64,000 nt of DNA. Origin: Takakia lepidozioides. Lineage: Eukaryota > Plantae > Bryophyta. Positions 41,062 to 53,548 of the stretch are shown here, in pieces. The stretch's first letter is position 1, and every line of letters begins with the position of its first letter. The notes under the pieces are model-generated. The model worked only from the letters and a program-made list of their open reading frames with translations, ran no database searches and was not told the origin of the DNA. Made by a program: the position numbers and the translations under genes. The DNA is taken from the NCBI GenBank assembly GCA_030704615.1, contig CM060732.1:13454001-13518000 (forward strand), given 5' to 3'.

Positions 41062-41949
41062 CACACCCCTACCAACAGGGAGTCGATGTCCTCATCGACT
41101 TGTCCATTTGTAGAAACGAACATCCAAGTTGTGGCGTCCCACATCAAGGAGTTTGTTTCCGTACCATGGCGTCCCATGGCAAAGAACCAAACCCACACTT
41201 GACTCTACTCTCCACTAGCTAGTTCGGCCGACTTCCTCCAAGTCCCGGCCAAGGGTGGAGCCTCTCCAGCTCCTCCCAGTGCACTCTTCTTGGCCTACTT
41301 CAAAGGCCAAGGAACGATCCTCCCGAGGATCGAATCGCCTTACTGCAACAAACATTGCTTGCGATCGCTCATGATGCCGCTTTTGGCATCACTTGAGCAA
41401 GGGTTCACCTGGAACCCTCTTTGACTAGGAAGATAACCTTGAACCAACCGTGCGCCCCAATCACTACAATTGGGTCCGCCTTGGAATGCTGGCCTGAGGT
41501 ACGGGAACACGCCGAAGCCGCACTACGACTTCGTCCCGAGGCTACACGATTATAGTACGTGAACGGAAGCACGTAGCTTCCGCGTTAGCCCGCACTACAA
41601 GGCAACCCCCTCGGTAGCGCAGTTATAGTACGCGCACGCGCCAGGTGCGCACTAGCACGTGAACTCCCAAAAAAAGGCGCAAGTTTCCTTGCCCCTTGGA
41701 TGGGAGTCACCCGATTTCGGCACTGCGCAAACACACGATTAACCCAATTTACCTCTCCCACTTTTGTAAGCTAGCATGCATTCTACACACTAGCCAACCA
41801 CACCATGCATCACCATTCCAAACAAATAGGACGCACAATATTTGGAACCCATTTCCTTTATAACAAATTTTTGTACAATACAAGTTTTTGCAATCGGATT
41901 CCTGAGCTAGCTAAACCGGGCTAAGCATGCATTTCCTCCCCCACGCTCC

Positions 41950-44900
41950 AAGGTTGATGTCCCCATCAACGCTTCTTCCGCTTTTGAGGTCGCCCTTCGA
42001 AAGCTGCAACCGCCTCGGATGCGTTTCCCATTTCTGAGGCACGCACCCAAGATGCCTCCACATGATGATAGCCCTTCCATTTGACGAGATACTCCGTTTC
42101 TCGTTCTTGAACCTCCTCGACTTAAGTATTGCCTCCACCTCGTACTCAGGTTCATTTTCATGATCCAACAGCATAGGTGGCGGACGCAACACTTGATGCC
42201 GATTCGGACGCGCTTCATCTTTGAAGTAAGGCTTCAAAAGGGAGACATGGAATACTGGGTGCACCTTGCTGTTTGCCGGCAGCTCCAATTCATACACATC
42301 CTCATTCATAACCTTCCGAATGCGAAAGGGTCCCGCATACGGAGGTACGAACTTCGACTCACTTCCGGAGGTAGTCGGAAATTCTTGATGTTCAACCAGA
42401 CCTCTGTGCCTGCCTCAAACTTCACTTCCCTCCGCTTCCGATTCGCCTGCCTTTCATACCGTTTCCTAGCTTTGGCAATGTTGTACTTTGCGAGCTTCAA
42501 CAAACGCTCGCGTTCTTCCAGTACCGCGCTACTGCCGGTTCCTCAACGTCCTGGGCGGCCCAACTTGTCGGCACCAGAGGTGCTTTTCCATAGACCAATA
42601 CGAAAGGGGAAACTCCCGTTGCGGAGTGTTCTGTGTTATTATAACAGAACTCTGCCGCGTCTAAGTGTTCCATCCAGTCTGATTGGTCTGCCGACACATA
42701 ATTCCGCAAGAATTGCTTCACTACGGAATTCACTCTTTCCGTTTGGCCGTCCGTCGTAGGTCGGAAGGCGGTGCTCATCTTCAGCCTCGTCCCCATCTTC
42801 TTCCAAAGTGCTCTCCAAAATTTACTCGTAAACTTTGGATCGCGGTCCGAGACAATATCCTTCGGACTCCATGATGCTTTAAGACGTGGGCGAAGTAAAG
42901 TCGCCCTGTCTCCTGCGCCGTTGCCGTCATCTCCTTGGTGGGGATGAAATGGCCCATTTTACTGAACCTATCTACCACCACCATGATTGCATCGAATCCT
43001 TTTGACAGCGGCATAGCAGTCATGAAATCCATCGAGACGCTTTCCCAAGTCCCCTCTGGAATCGGCAAGGGTTATAACAGCCCCCGCTTGCTTTTTGTAC
43101 TCGCTCCGGTTTTGTTGGCATGTGATGCATGTCTTGACATACTCCTCTCCTCCTCCTCCCTCAGTTTGGGCCAGAAATACTCTTTCTTCAAGAGTGCCGC
43201 AGTGCGCTTGGCTCCGCCGTGGCCCGCAAGCGGGCTATTATGGCATTCTCTCAAGAGACTATCCCTGATCCCTCCCTTCGGCACGTAGAGACGCTTTTGC
43301 TTATATCGGAGCAATCCATTTTGCAAGTGGAACTGCGATTTAACCCCCATCCTCAAGTCCTGCATCACGGACTTCGCCAGCTCATCCCTTCCGGCAAGCC
43401 TTCCGGATCTTCCTTTGGAGTGCCGTCTCGCCCTTGTACACCAACAAGAGCTGCTGCTTTCTACTTAAAGCATCGGCCACCACATTGTCCCGTCCCCGGT
43501 TTGTACTGGATATCCACGTCGAACACTGCCAAAGTATCTTGCCACCTAAGTTGTTTTGGGGACAACTTGGGCTGCGTGGCAAAAATACTTCACCGTGACA
43601 TTGTCCGTGAACACCTTCACTGGGTTGGAACCAACATAGTGGCGCCAGAGCTCAAGGCAATGCACCACCGCCTTCATCTCTTTTTCGTGCGTCGGCCACC
43701 GTCGCTCCACTTCATTCAGTTTCTTACTTTCGTAAGCCACTAGACGTCCATCTTGCATAAGTACACCCCCAATCGCGAAGTCCGATGCATCTGTATGAAT
43801 CTCAAACGGACGATCGAACTCCGGGATTTTCAAGACTGGAGCTTCCGTCATCCGCTGCTTCAATTCAGCAAAAGCTTGGCCACAAAATGTGTTCCATACC
43901 CAGACTTTGGATTTACACAGAAGGTCCGACAGCGGCCGCGATCTTGGCAAAATTTCTCACATACTTCCGGTTATAGGAGACGAGTCCTAGGAAGGATCGC
44001 ACTCCCGGGACGAAGTCGGAGGCTCCCAGTCCAAGATCGCCCTCACCTTTCTGTCATCCATTTGATCCCATCCTGTGTAATCACATGCCCCAAGAACTCC
44101 ACTTTTCGTGACCCCGAAATCGCATTTTTTTGAAGCTTTGGCATACAACTTCCCTTCCCGCAATTTTTGGAACACACCCTTTTGAGGTGCTCCAGGTGCT
44201 CCTCTTTTTTTTCGAGTACACCAAGATGTCGTCGATGTACACGATCACAAAGTCATCCAACCACTCCTGGAAAAGGCTGTTCATCAGCGTGCTAAATGTC
44301 GCTGGTGCATTGGTGAGCCCAAAAGCATCACCAAGAACTCATATGAACCATACCTTGTCCTGCACGCGGTCTTCTCCTCATCTCCTTCCGCCACCCGAAT
44401 TTGGTGATAGCCGAAGCGCAAGTCGATCCGGCTGAAATACTTCGCTCCTGCCAACCGATCGAAGAGGTCGTCGATCCTTGGCAAAGGGTACCGGTTTTTT
44501 TTATAGTCACCTTATTCAGAGCCCTGTAATCGACACACATCCGCAGCGTCCATCCTTCTTGTCTGCAAATAGCACCGGGGCTCCGTAAGGTGACTTACTC
44601 GGCCGGATGTACCCCTTTGACATTAGATCCTTGAGCTGAGTCTTCAGCTCGACCAACTCTCTGTGGCTCAACCGGTAGGGCGCCTTGGCAGGCGGTTCCG
44701 ATCCCGGTATCACTCAATCTTGTGGTCAACTCCTCTTCGCGGTGGCAAGCCGCTTGGTAAATCCTCCGGCATCACATCCTAGTATTTCTCCAAAATCCCC
44801 TTGATCCAATCTGGGCTCGGCTCCCCATCGCCTTCTCCCTTCACTTCTCTAATGTAAAGCAAGAACTGGGGTTCGTGTGCCTCCTCCACGGCCCACTCCC

Positions 44901-46440
44901 TTGCTGACAGAAGGTTTATTCGCCCTCCCACGGTTTTGGGCGTTTCCGACACTCGTAAGACCTCGCCACCTTTCCCACATGGCAGCGTGACTACTCTCTT
45001 GCGGCCATCTATGACCGCTCCGGATTTGCTCAAAAAGGTCATCCCTAAAATGAGATCTACTCCATCGATTTCGCAGATGGTGAAGTTCTCAACGTCCCTC
45101 CCAACTACCCAGTTGACGAGGAACATCAATCGTCAATCTTGTCGCCAACTGTGGTTCTTCTTTGGCAGAACGCACCTCAATAGAGGCCCCCACGTCATTT
45201 GTCGGGAGTCCCAGCTTTTGTGCCGTTGCCGGTGTCATGAATGAGTACGACGCTCCTGTGTCCACCAACAACGACACATTAGTTCCGGATATTATCCCCA
45301 TCCACGAACAGTAACTGACTCCCTTTTCGTAAGGCGCCAGTTTCCCTGATACAACTCACAAGAAAATTTGCCTACCTTGCAAGTCCTGGCGACCACCGCT
45401 TCCACCAAGCGACTGATGGTATCTTCGACAGCTCCGTGGTCGCCCGAGTCATGTTCAATTGCCGGGGCTTCGTGCACTTCTTGCCATGTGCCCGGGCTCC
45501 CCGCAATTGAAACACACTCCATCAAAGGTCGCCTTCTGTCCGCCATAAGCCGCTCCACCCGCTTTTCCTTTCGGAGCACCGGGTGCCGTCTTGACGTGTG
45601 AAGGCCCTCCCTTTGATTTCCACGTGCTATTTTCGCCGCGTGGCCTATCCCACTTCTTTTCCGGTCGGAAGAGTCACCTTCGCCGAATCTTTTTGTGGTT
45701 CAGCTCCGTACGACCTTGTCTTTCACCCCCTAGGGACATCCGAGAAACATTCGGCGGCCTCTCAATTGCCTCGTTCAAAGTCTTGGGTGGCTTCTCTCCT
45801 CCAACTTCCGTCTGGCCCATGGGGCCAGTCCGCCACAAAGTTGAAGACCATTTCTGGTTCTGCCATGTCCGCGACTTCGAGCAACAACACATTGAAAGCC
45901 TAGACATACCCCCGAATGTCATCTTTTTGCTTCAAATTCCTCATCTTGTCCCGGGCAAGCCAGGACGCGTTGAGGGGCACAAACTGTCTCTTCAACAATT
46001 CCTTGAACCCACTCCAGTTCAAGGTTTCCGAACTTGGACCTCGGTCGTGAAGGTTTCTGCCACCATTGTTGAGCATAGCCCCTCAAATAGGTGGGAGCCA
46101 CTTCCACGCGATCCTCGTCACTCAACTTGGCCGCCCGGAAGTACTACTGCTCCAGCTCCAAGAGCCAGGTGTTGAGTGCCTTCCGATTTCGGATGCCCTC
46201 GAAGGTGGCCGGGTTCCTTAGGCTTCACCTTAAACTTTGCCTTAGTGGAAGTGGCATTAGCCGCCTTCAACACGTCTTTCAACGTCCCGCCAAACTGCGC
46301 CAACAACCCTTCCCAAAAGGCTGCCGGCATGGGAGACATCTCTTGGTTTTCGGAGCTCTCAAGGATTCCTCGGGCTCCGACTCCTCGGATTCCTCCCGCT
46401 CTTGGGGCGGCCTCGTTTTCGGAAACATGCATCGCTTCCT
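41950..46440 (-). pseudogene. gag-pol polyprotein with many frameshifts
   Basis: Gag (TYLRGYAQQWW), protease LVDTGAS, RT ([26 protein letters not shown]), RNase H (TDASDFAIGGVL), integrase (HNSPLAGHGG, SMDF, TDGQTERVN), chromodomain (EPEYEVEAILKSRR). Confidence 0.93.
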
Positions 46441-46577
46441 AAAACGGCCGCCTCGGTGACACGCCGCCCCCATCGGGCTCACCGGGATCATCATCTTTTG
46501 GGCCATTCCGCTTTCGCTTCGGCTTGCCCGACCCCATGATGAGGCCATCCCAAGGACGATCGCGTACTGAACTCTAA

Positions 46578-46589
46578 GCTCTGATACCA
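46578..46589 (-). promoter_or_regulatory. Primer-binding site (tRNA-iMet)
   Basis: Plus-strand gctctgatacca = TGGTATCAGAGC, 2 nt inside the 5' LTR. Confidence 0.92.
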
Positions 46590-46591
46590 AG

Positions 46592-47323
46592 TGTCGCACA
46601 CCTCACTTCGGTAAACTCCCCTTCAAGTCATAGTTACTCGCTTTGATGCGCGCGCCTAACTCCCAACCTGGCCGCCGGGCCAACTTGGAGCTTCGGCTGC
46701 TCACCGGGACATAACGGTCCCCCCTTCGCTTCCCTCTAAAACCCTCCACCTAATTGGGACTAGGAGAATTCCCTTTGGTAGATGGCAGTCCGGAACACAG
46801 CTCCCCACTCTTTGGTCGCTTTCCGGCTCGCTCGCTTACTCACTAGTTTTTGGTCACCAACGGGCTTGCACCGTTCTCGGGGTTACTACTCCCTATATAT
46901 ACTTCTTTAGCTGTCCGCGGGGTTTTCACAACCAGCCATGCCATTTTATGGCGAACCACCACGAAGACCCTCGATTCCCGGTGGTGAGTCGCGGTGAGTC
47001 TTCTTGCCCCGCTCACCACGGCCTTTATGGACCGTGATGAGTCCCAAGACTCCCCACGACTCCCACCACGAGGTCTCCTCCCCCATGGTGAGTCCTATGC
47101 CACCCCCACTAAGTCCCACTAAGCTACCACCACCCCTTGTGGAGCCACCCCCACCGCAACCCGGTGTGCTGGGCTCCACCTAGTGAGTGCCTCCGCCTCC
47201 TTGAGTGCCTTGGGCACTCAAGGGTGCTTCAGCCCCCGTACCTATCGTTGCTACTGCCCCCACCACAGGGGCAGCCCCACTCGTGTCCCGACCTCCCTGC
47301 CCTCAAGGCAAAGGGCCACGACA
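46592..47323 (-). repeat. 5' LTR of the gypsy element
   Basis: Adjacent to the PBS; matches 40340-41061. Confidence 0.93.
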
Positions 47324-48860
47324 TTGGCGGTCGCCTTACTCTTAAAATAGAAAAAAAAAATCCAACCGCTATAGTGGCGGTCGCACTATCTTAAAAATAT
47401 ATTAAAAAAACAAGCGACTGCCATAGTGGAGGTCGTTTTATTTCAAAAATAAAACAAAACACACGACCGCCACATTGGAGGTCGCCTTACTTTAAAACTT
47501 GAAAACAAAACAAGCGACAGCCATAGTGGCGGTCGCATTATATTAAATAAATATATATAAAGAAGCGACTTATTTTAAGAATATTGAAATATAAGCGACA
47601 TAAGAAAATAAAAGCAACCGCAATACCGGCGGTCGCTTTACATTTCAAATTAAAAAATTATGGCGACCGCCAGACTGGCGGTCGCTCTATTTTACAAATA
47701 TTAAGAATAATTCTTTTTGGGGTTAAATTTTATCCAGCGACCGCCAATTTTTTAAAATTAAAAACAAATCCCGTTTTTATTTATTTTCCTTTCCGGTTGA
47801 AGATCTTACAATGACCGCCACTTTGCCAGTCATTTTCCTTTTTTTATAGTAATAAGTGACCACCAGACTGGCGGTCGCTTAATTCCTTAAAATTAAAAAA
47901 AAATGACCACTATTTTTCTTTTTCTTTTTTTTAATTTTTTTGCTCTTTTTTGGATTAAACTTTAACCAGCAACCAACAATCTGGGGGTCGCTTAATTTTT
48001 TTAAATGAAAAACAAGCACAGCAGGTGGTAGCTCAGCTGGTAAGTGCACAGTGTGTCGCCCTGGTGGTTCGGCCACTGCCCTGCTTGGTGTGTGGATTGT
48101 TCGTGACCGGTTGGTCCGGTGGTGACGTTTCCCATCTCTGTGCCTAATGGCTTATCTGAAAGGGGGTTAATTTTTCCCCCTCCCCAAGGGCCTGAATTGT
48201 GAGCAGTCGCTCATAGGTAAAAAAATAAAAAATAATAGTTTTTATTTTATTGATTTTTCCGTCTGAAGATTAAACGGTGACCACCAAAGTGGTGGTCGCT
48301 TCATTTTCTTTTTTTTTATAATATTAAGCGACCGCCACATTGGCGGTCGCTTAATTCTTTAAAATTAAAAAAAATGACCACCATTGTTTTTTTGTTTTTT
48401 TTTCGCTCTTTTTTGGGTTTAAATTTTATCCAGCGACTAGCAATCTGGCGGTCGCTGAATTTTTAAAAATTAAAAACAAATCTCCTTTTTTTTCCTCTCT
48501 CTCTTCTCACTTTAAGTTTAAACAGCGACCGCCATATTGGCGGTCACTTTATTTTCTTTAAAAAAAATATCAAGCGACCGCCAGATTGGTGGTTGCTCAA
48601 TTCCTTAAAATTGAAAAGAACAATTATGATTTTTTCAGTTTTTTAAAAAAAGTCTTTAAGTTGCGGCCGCCAATCTGGCAGTCTCTTTAATTTTTAAAAT
48701 AAAAAAAACGACCGCCAATTTTTTCTTTCGATTTTTATTTTTTATTTTGTTGATTAAAATTTTAAAACAGTGACCACCAATTTGACGGTCGCTTTTTTTT
48801 TTTTTTTGGAAAAATATTAAGCGACCATCAGATTGGTAGTTGTTTAATTTTTAATATAAA
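47324..48860. repeat. Continuation of the GCGACCGCCA-N3-TGGCGGTCGC palindrome array (further copies at 50090-50200)
   Basis: Directly visible; probably subterminal repeats of a non-autonomous DNA transposon. Confidence 0.85.
48024..48076 (+). other. tRNA-like (SINE head-like) fragment
   Basis: A-box GGTAGCTCAGCTGGTAAG and degenerate B-box GGTTCGGCC; no complete cloverleaf. Confidence 0.3.
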
Positions 48861-50559
48861 AGCAAAATAGGGTTTGGTTGAACCAGACAGGCATCCAATT
48901 TGATGTGAAGATCTTCAATGAGATAGAGATGAAGAGGAAGTTGTCGAGACAGAAATCCAATTCATTAGGGCTGACTTAAATCATAGAAACAAGTTTTCCT
49001 ACTCATAAAACATTGAATGCCACCGCATTGGGTATAAAGGCTGCTACAAGAGAGCCCAAACGTGGTCCAAGGGCTTCTGCCACAGAAAGTGAGAGTACTA
49101 TGATTGCTGAAAAGGTATGGAGTTTGAATACACAAAGGGCTAACTCAATTTGCTGCATCAGATTGACAAAGGTTACATGTTTGAAATCTACTTGTGGCCT
49201 CCACTTGTCTAAGTTCCATTGAATGATCCAGTCAGCTACTTAGTTCACACCTTAAGTCTCCCTAAAAGGATGCTTGGGAGTGGGTCTGTACTGGGTAGAG
49301 GGTTCTCCGCAGTATCTGGGTTCCTTCTATTCATTTAATGAGTGTGTCTAGATTGATCAATGTTGTTACCATAAAGACAAATTGTTCCGATATGGCTTCC
49401 TCTGGTAGCATCAGGTCTGCTCTGGTGTCTCTTATTTATCCTACTTGTGTTCTTTTGCATGGCATCTGTTTGGTTAGGTCTAAAGCAACTATATTGAAAG
49501 CAAGCTGAAGAATCTGACAGTCAATGAATTGAAGAATTTTCTTAGCACACAAATGGTCAAGATAAGTGCGAGAAGGAAGGACGAACTCATTGAACGTGTG
49601 GTTAAGCTGCCAAAATGACATGTCTTGGCATATTCTGCTCTAATTTCTGTTCTTGACATGTAGCGGTCGGGTTGTGGAAAAGTATGCTCGAGTGTGGAAC
49701 ATGTACTCAGACAAGTGTGTATTGTGAAAACACCCTGTCACCTACCCCACTACTCAACACAACTAATTTTTCCCTCTGTTAGGAAGAAATAGACAAGTTT
49801 CTTTCACAAGAAGACACCACTGCAAGAGATGTCCATCGTCTCTGCTGACATCTCATCAGTCTCCTTGAAGGACATGGGAATTCTTTTGCCTTGATCTGAA
49901 GGTGGTAAATACCAGCATACGACAAAATAAAATCTTCAAGTTATTGAGGATGAACTTTGAGCAACCGAATATAATTTTTATTTTATTTTTCAAAAAATAA
50001 AGGGAAACACATGGGAGCGCTGAGAGATGAGACACTGCCCATGGGAAGGGGCATTTTTTCTTTATAAAAAATTAGGGAAAAAAAAACGACGTGACCACCA
50101 ATATGGCGGCCGCTTCACATTTTTAAATTAAAGAAAAATAACCGCCAATTATGCGGTCGCTTAATTGTTCATTTTTTTTTTTAACAGCGACCGCCAATCT
50201 GGCATGGCCTCATAGATACTTGCCCAAGCTCCACAGACATCACTTCTAAAAACAGCCCACAACTCCTTCCAAACCCTTCTACTCTGTTTATGGCTTCCTA
50301 GCGGTCGTCTGTCATAAACTGTCGAGGCGACCGCCGACCGGTCGACCATGAAGATTCTCTAGAACCTTCCTAGGCCAGTCCAAATCATCGTGTATTTCCT
50401 TTCGTTGGGATGACATTGCAAAAAATGAGATATGGCCAATGTACAAGTACAAAACATTTGTGAAAATGTGTCACAAAGAGACATGAGGTGCAGACAATGA
50501 ACAATTACGGGATGCATTAACTTGCACCAATCAACATTTCCGGCATACTGGCAATTGAT

Positions 50560-51482
50560 GGTTGCCATCCAAATGATTTTTTTTGCTTTGAAACTTTTCC
50601 AGTCTGTTCACTATACCATCTGATAGGTCCCGGACAAATATGAGATTAAATGAAATTCATTCAAGGGGCGATCCAATCGTTGCCCATCCAAATGATTTTT
50701 TGTTTGCTTTCAAACTTTGCTAGCATTCTCTACGTACTATCCGAAATGTCCCGGACAAATATGAGATCAAACGAAACTCATTCAAAGGGCGATCGAATAG
50801 TTGACCATCCAAATGATTTTTGTTTACTTTGAAACTTTGTCAGTATGTTCAACATACCATCTCACAGGTCCCGGGCAAATATGAGACCAAACGGAATTCA
50901 TTCAATGGGCCAACAGACAGTTTTCCATCCAAATGATTTTTGTTTGCTTTTGAAACTTTGCCAGTATGTTCAACATACCATCTCACAGGTCCTGGACAAA
51001 TATGGCATCAAATGAAATTCATTCAAATGACGATCATAGTTCACCATCTAATTGATTTTTGTTTGCTTTGAAACTTCGCCAATAAAAATGATTTTTTTTT
51101 TCTTTGAAACTTTGCCAATATGTTCAACATACCATCTAACAGGTCCCGTATTAATATTAGATCAATCAAAATTCATTCAGTGGGCCAATGGATGGTTGCC
51201 TATCCAAATGAATTTTGTTTGCTTCGAAACTTTGTTTTAAATGTTCAACGTACTATCTCAAAGGTCCCGGACAAATATGAGATCAATCGAAATTCTTTCA
51301 GTGGGCCAACGGATGGTTGTCCATCACCATGATTTTTGATTGTTTTTTGAAACTTTGCTTGTATGTGCAACATACCATCTTATAGGTCCCGGACAAATAT
51401 GAGATCAACCGAAACTCATTCAAAGGCGATCGAATCGTTGCCCATCCAAACGATTTTTGTTTGCTTTCAAACTTTGCTAGTT
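50560..51482. repeat. ~120-bp tandem repeat, about 7-8 diverged copies
   Basis: Unit CCATCCAAATGATTTTTGTTTGCTTTGAAACTTTG...CAGGTCCCGGACAAATATGAGATCAA...ATTCATTCA recurs every ~120 bp. Confidence 0.9.
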
Positions 51483-51494
51483 TGCTTCATATAT

Positions 51495-52112
51495 TGATGC
51501 ACTTGGACTTAGATGACATTGGGCACTTGGGCCAACAATACAAGCTACCCCAAAATTCGGGAAAATAGCAAAGTGGGCTTTTATGGACAATGATTGGAGC
51601 CTCGACATGACATATAACAATAATGATTGGACATATTACTATTCAATAAATTCATGAAAAAAAAAAAATTGGGCTTTAACATAGGAGACGAACTTGGATA
51701 CATATGAGATTGCACTTGGGCTTAGATGACACTGGACACTTGGGCCTCTACAGAGAGATGCACTTGGATACATGAATAGAAGATTGCACTTGGGCTTAAA
51801 TGGGCCTCGACATACGAGACGCACTTGCATACATAGGAAATTACACTTGGTCTTAGGTTTCAATTCTTCACACGTAGGCCAAAGGCGTAGGCTACACTAG
51901 AGGTCGCACTTGGCCTCAACAATAGTGGGATAGATAGGAAATTGTACTTGGTCTTAGGTTTCAATTCTTCACACATAGGCCAAGGCACATGCTACCCTAA
52001 AGGTCGCACTTGGGCCTCGACATAGAGGACGCGCTTGGTTACGTAGAAGATCTTACACTTGGGCTTAGATGACACTGGACACTTGGGCCAACGGCATAGG
52101 CTACCCTAATTA
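51495..52112. repeat. Degenerate repeat built on CACTTGGG(C/T) motifs
   Basis: GCACTTGGGCTTAGATGACACTGGACACTTGGGCC occurs three times and CTTGGTCTTAGGTTTCAATTCTTCACAC twice. Confidence 0.7.
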
Positions 52113-53548
52113 GAGCATCCCACCACGCCAACGGAACATGAGGGTATGGTGGGCGGAAACGTCCCCACCTATATCCCATGAAAAGCGCGCACTGAATATC
52201 GTTCCGTGCACTGAACCCGGGGCTGTATTCTGTGCAGAGAATACGCCCTTGAATCCAAGTCAACGTGACTAAGCGCATGCGTGTTACCATCTCGGCGTGG
52301 ACCTCGCCCCTTCCTGCGAATGGGAGGCGAGGTGAGCGGGGATAGCGTGGGCGATTTAGGGACAATTGTGTGCGCGAGTCGGGCTGCCGTGCCACAGAAC
52401 CCAGCATGAACCCAGCATGCCCTGGATCGATGACACTATCTTTGGCGTTATAGGGAGTTTTTCGGGCTCAAGGGTGGGGATGTTCTAAGAAGGTAAATAG
52501 AAGAGAGCACATTGTGCATCAAAAGGGGAGGGAGAGAGAAAGGGGGCCGCAATAATGGGGGGAATGAGGCAGGGCGGGCCCGGAGGGAGGGAGGGCGCGG
52601 CGACCGCCTGCATCTGTACGCGCCCTTCGCTGCTCGACCCGTCTCTTCTCTCGTCTCATCTCTCTTCCCGCTCTCCCGTGCGCCTCACCGCGCTGCAGCA
52701 ACCGCGGCACAAGCGCGCGCAGGCGGGGGAAAGAGAGTAGAGAGTGGTCGGGTAGTCATCTTGGTGTTGGTGCGGGGCCGTGATATGGTGGCGGTGGGGC
52801 GCATTGGGTGTGGAAAAAAAGAGCTGTGGAGTGTGCAGCGAGCGTGATGAGGAGGATCGAGTTGTGTCCCCGGGGGGAGTGGAGGGAGGAGATTAGTGTG
52901 GAACAAGGAGGTTCATCCTGTGGTTTTTAGCTTGTGCATCCCCTGGCTGTGAACCCTACGAGCACATTTTTGGAAGTAGATGTGTAACCACGTTATTTTA
53001 TTTGTCTAGGGGGAGCAGTGGCACAGACTGAGGGATGAGGGCGGAAGTGTAGCCGAAGGGATGTCGGGGCTGATTGGTTTTCACACTGAATGGCGATTCT
53101 TATTTGGACTGAGCACGATATGCAGGACCCTGTAACAGGGAACGAGCAGTGTGATAGGAGGAGGTGAGCACATGAGGCTGGTCGTGTTTCTGTAGAGGTG
53201 CTACTCTGGCTGACATTCCGACTCCAACTTTTGTTGATATCGATACCCTATGTAAGGTGTAAAGTGACGTCTTGTTCATACTGCAGACCAATGCAACATC
53301 TGGTTCCTAGTACAGACCTCTTCTGTAACCGTGCCATGTGCGAAACGGGCCTATGCAATATGGTGAATTTCCCAGGATTAAGCATTTGAAGAGTTGTTGA
53401 TATGTCGTGTCGGAGATCTCCATGGGTGACGAAACGTAATGTGCACTTGTCTTAAGCACCGATGAGCACCTCGGCAACGTGATTCTTTGTCTAATGCAAC
53501 AGGGGCAAAGATCTCAGCATCGTTTAAGGCAATCACATAGTTGGCACG

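Larger units (their letters stand above)
40340..47323 (-). mobile_element. Full-length Ty3/gypsy chromovirus LTR retrotransposon
   Basis: TG...CA LTRs at 40340-41061 and 46592-47323; 5-bp TSD TTGGC (40335-40339, 47324-47328); tRNA-iMet PBS TGGTATCAGAGC (46578-46589); domain order gag-PR-RT-RH-IN-chromo. Confidence 0.96.

Noticed and set aside
48024-48076. Functional tRNA gene
   Set aside because: Only the A-box is convincing; no acceptor or anticodon stems could be formed.
39985-48860. GCGACCGCC hairpin array as CRISPR or REP elements
   Set aside because: Spacers are low-complexity A/T tracts related to one another, and the repeats are degenerate.
48870-49960. Coding remnant within the palindrome-array element
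   Set aside because: No sustained frame or recognisable motif.
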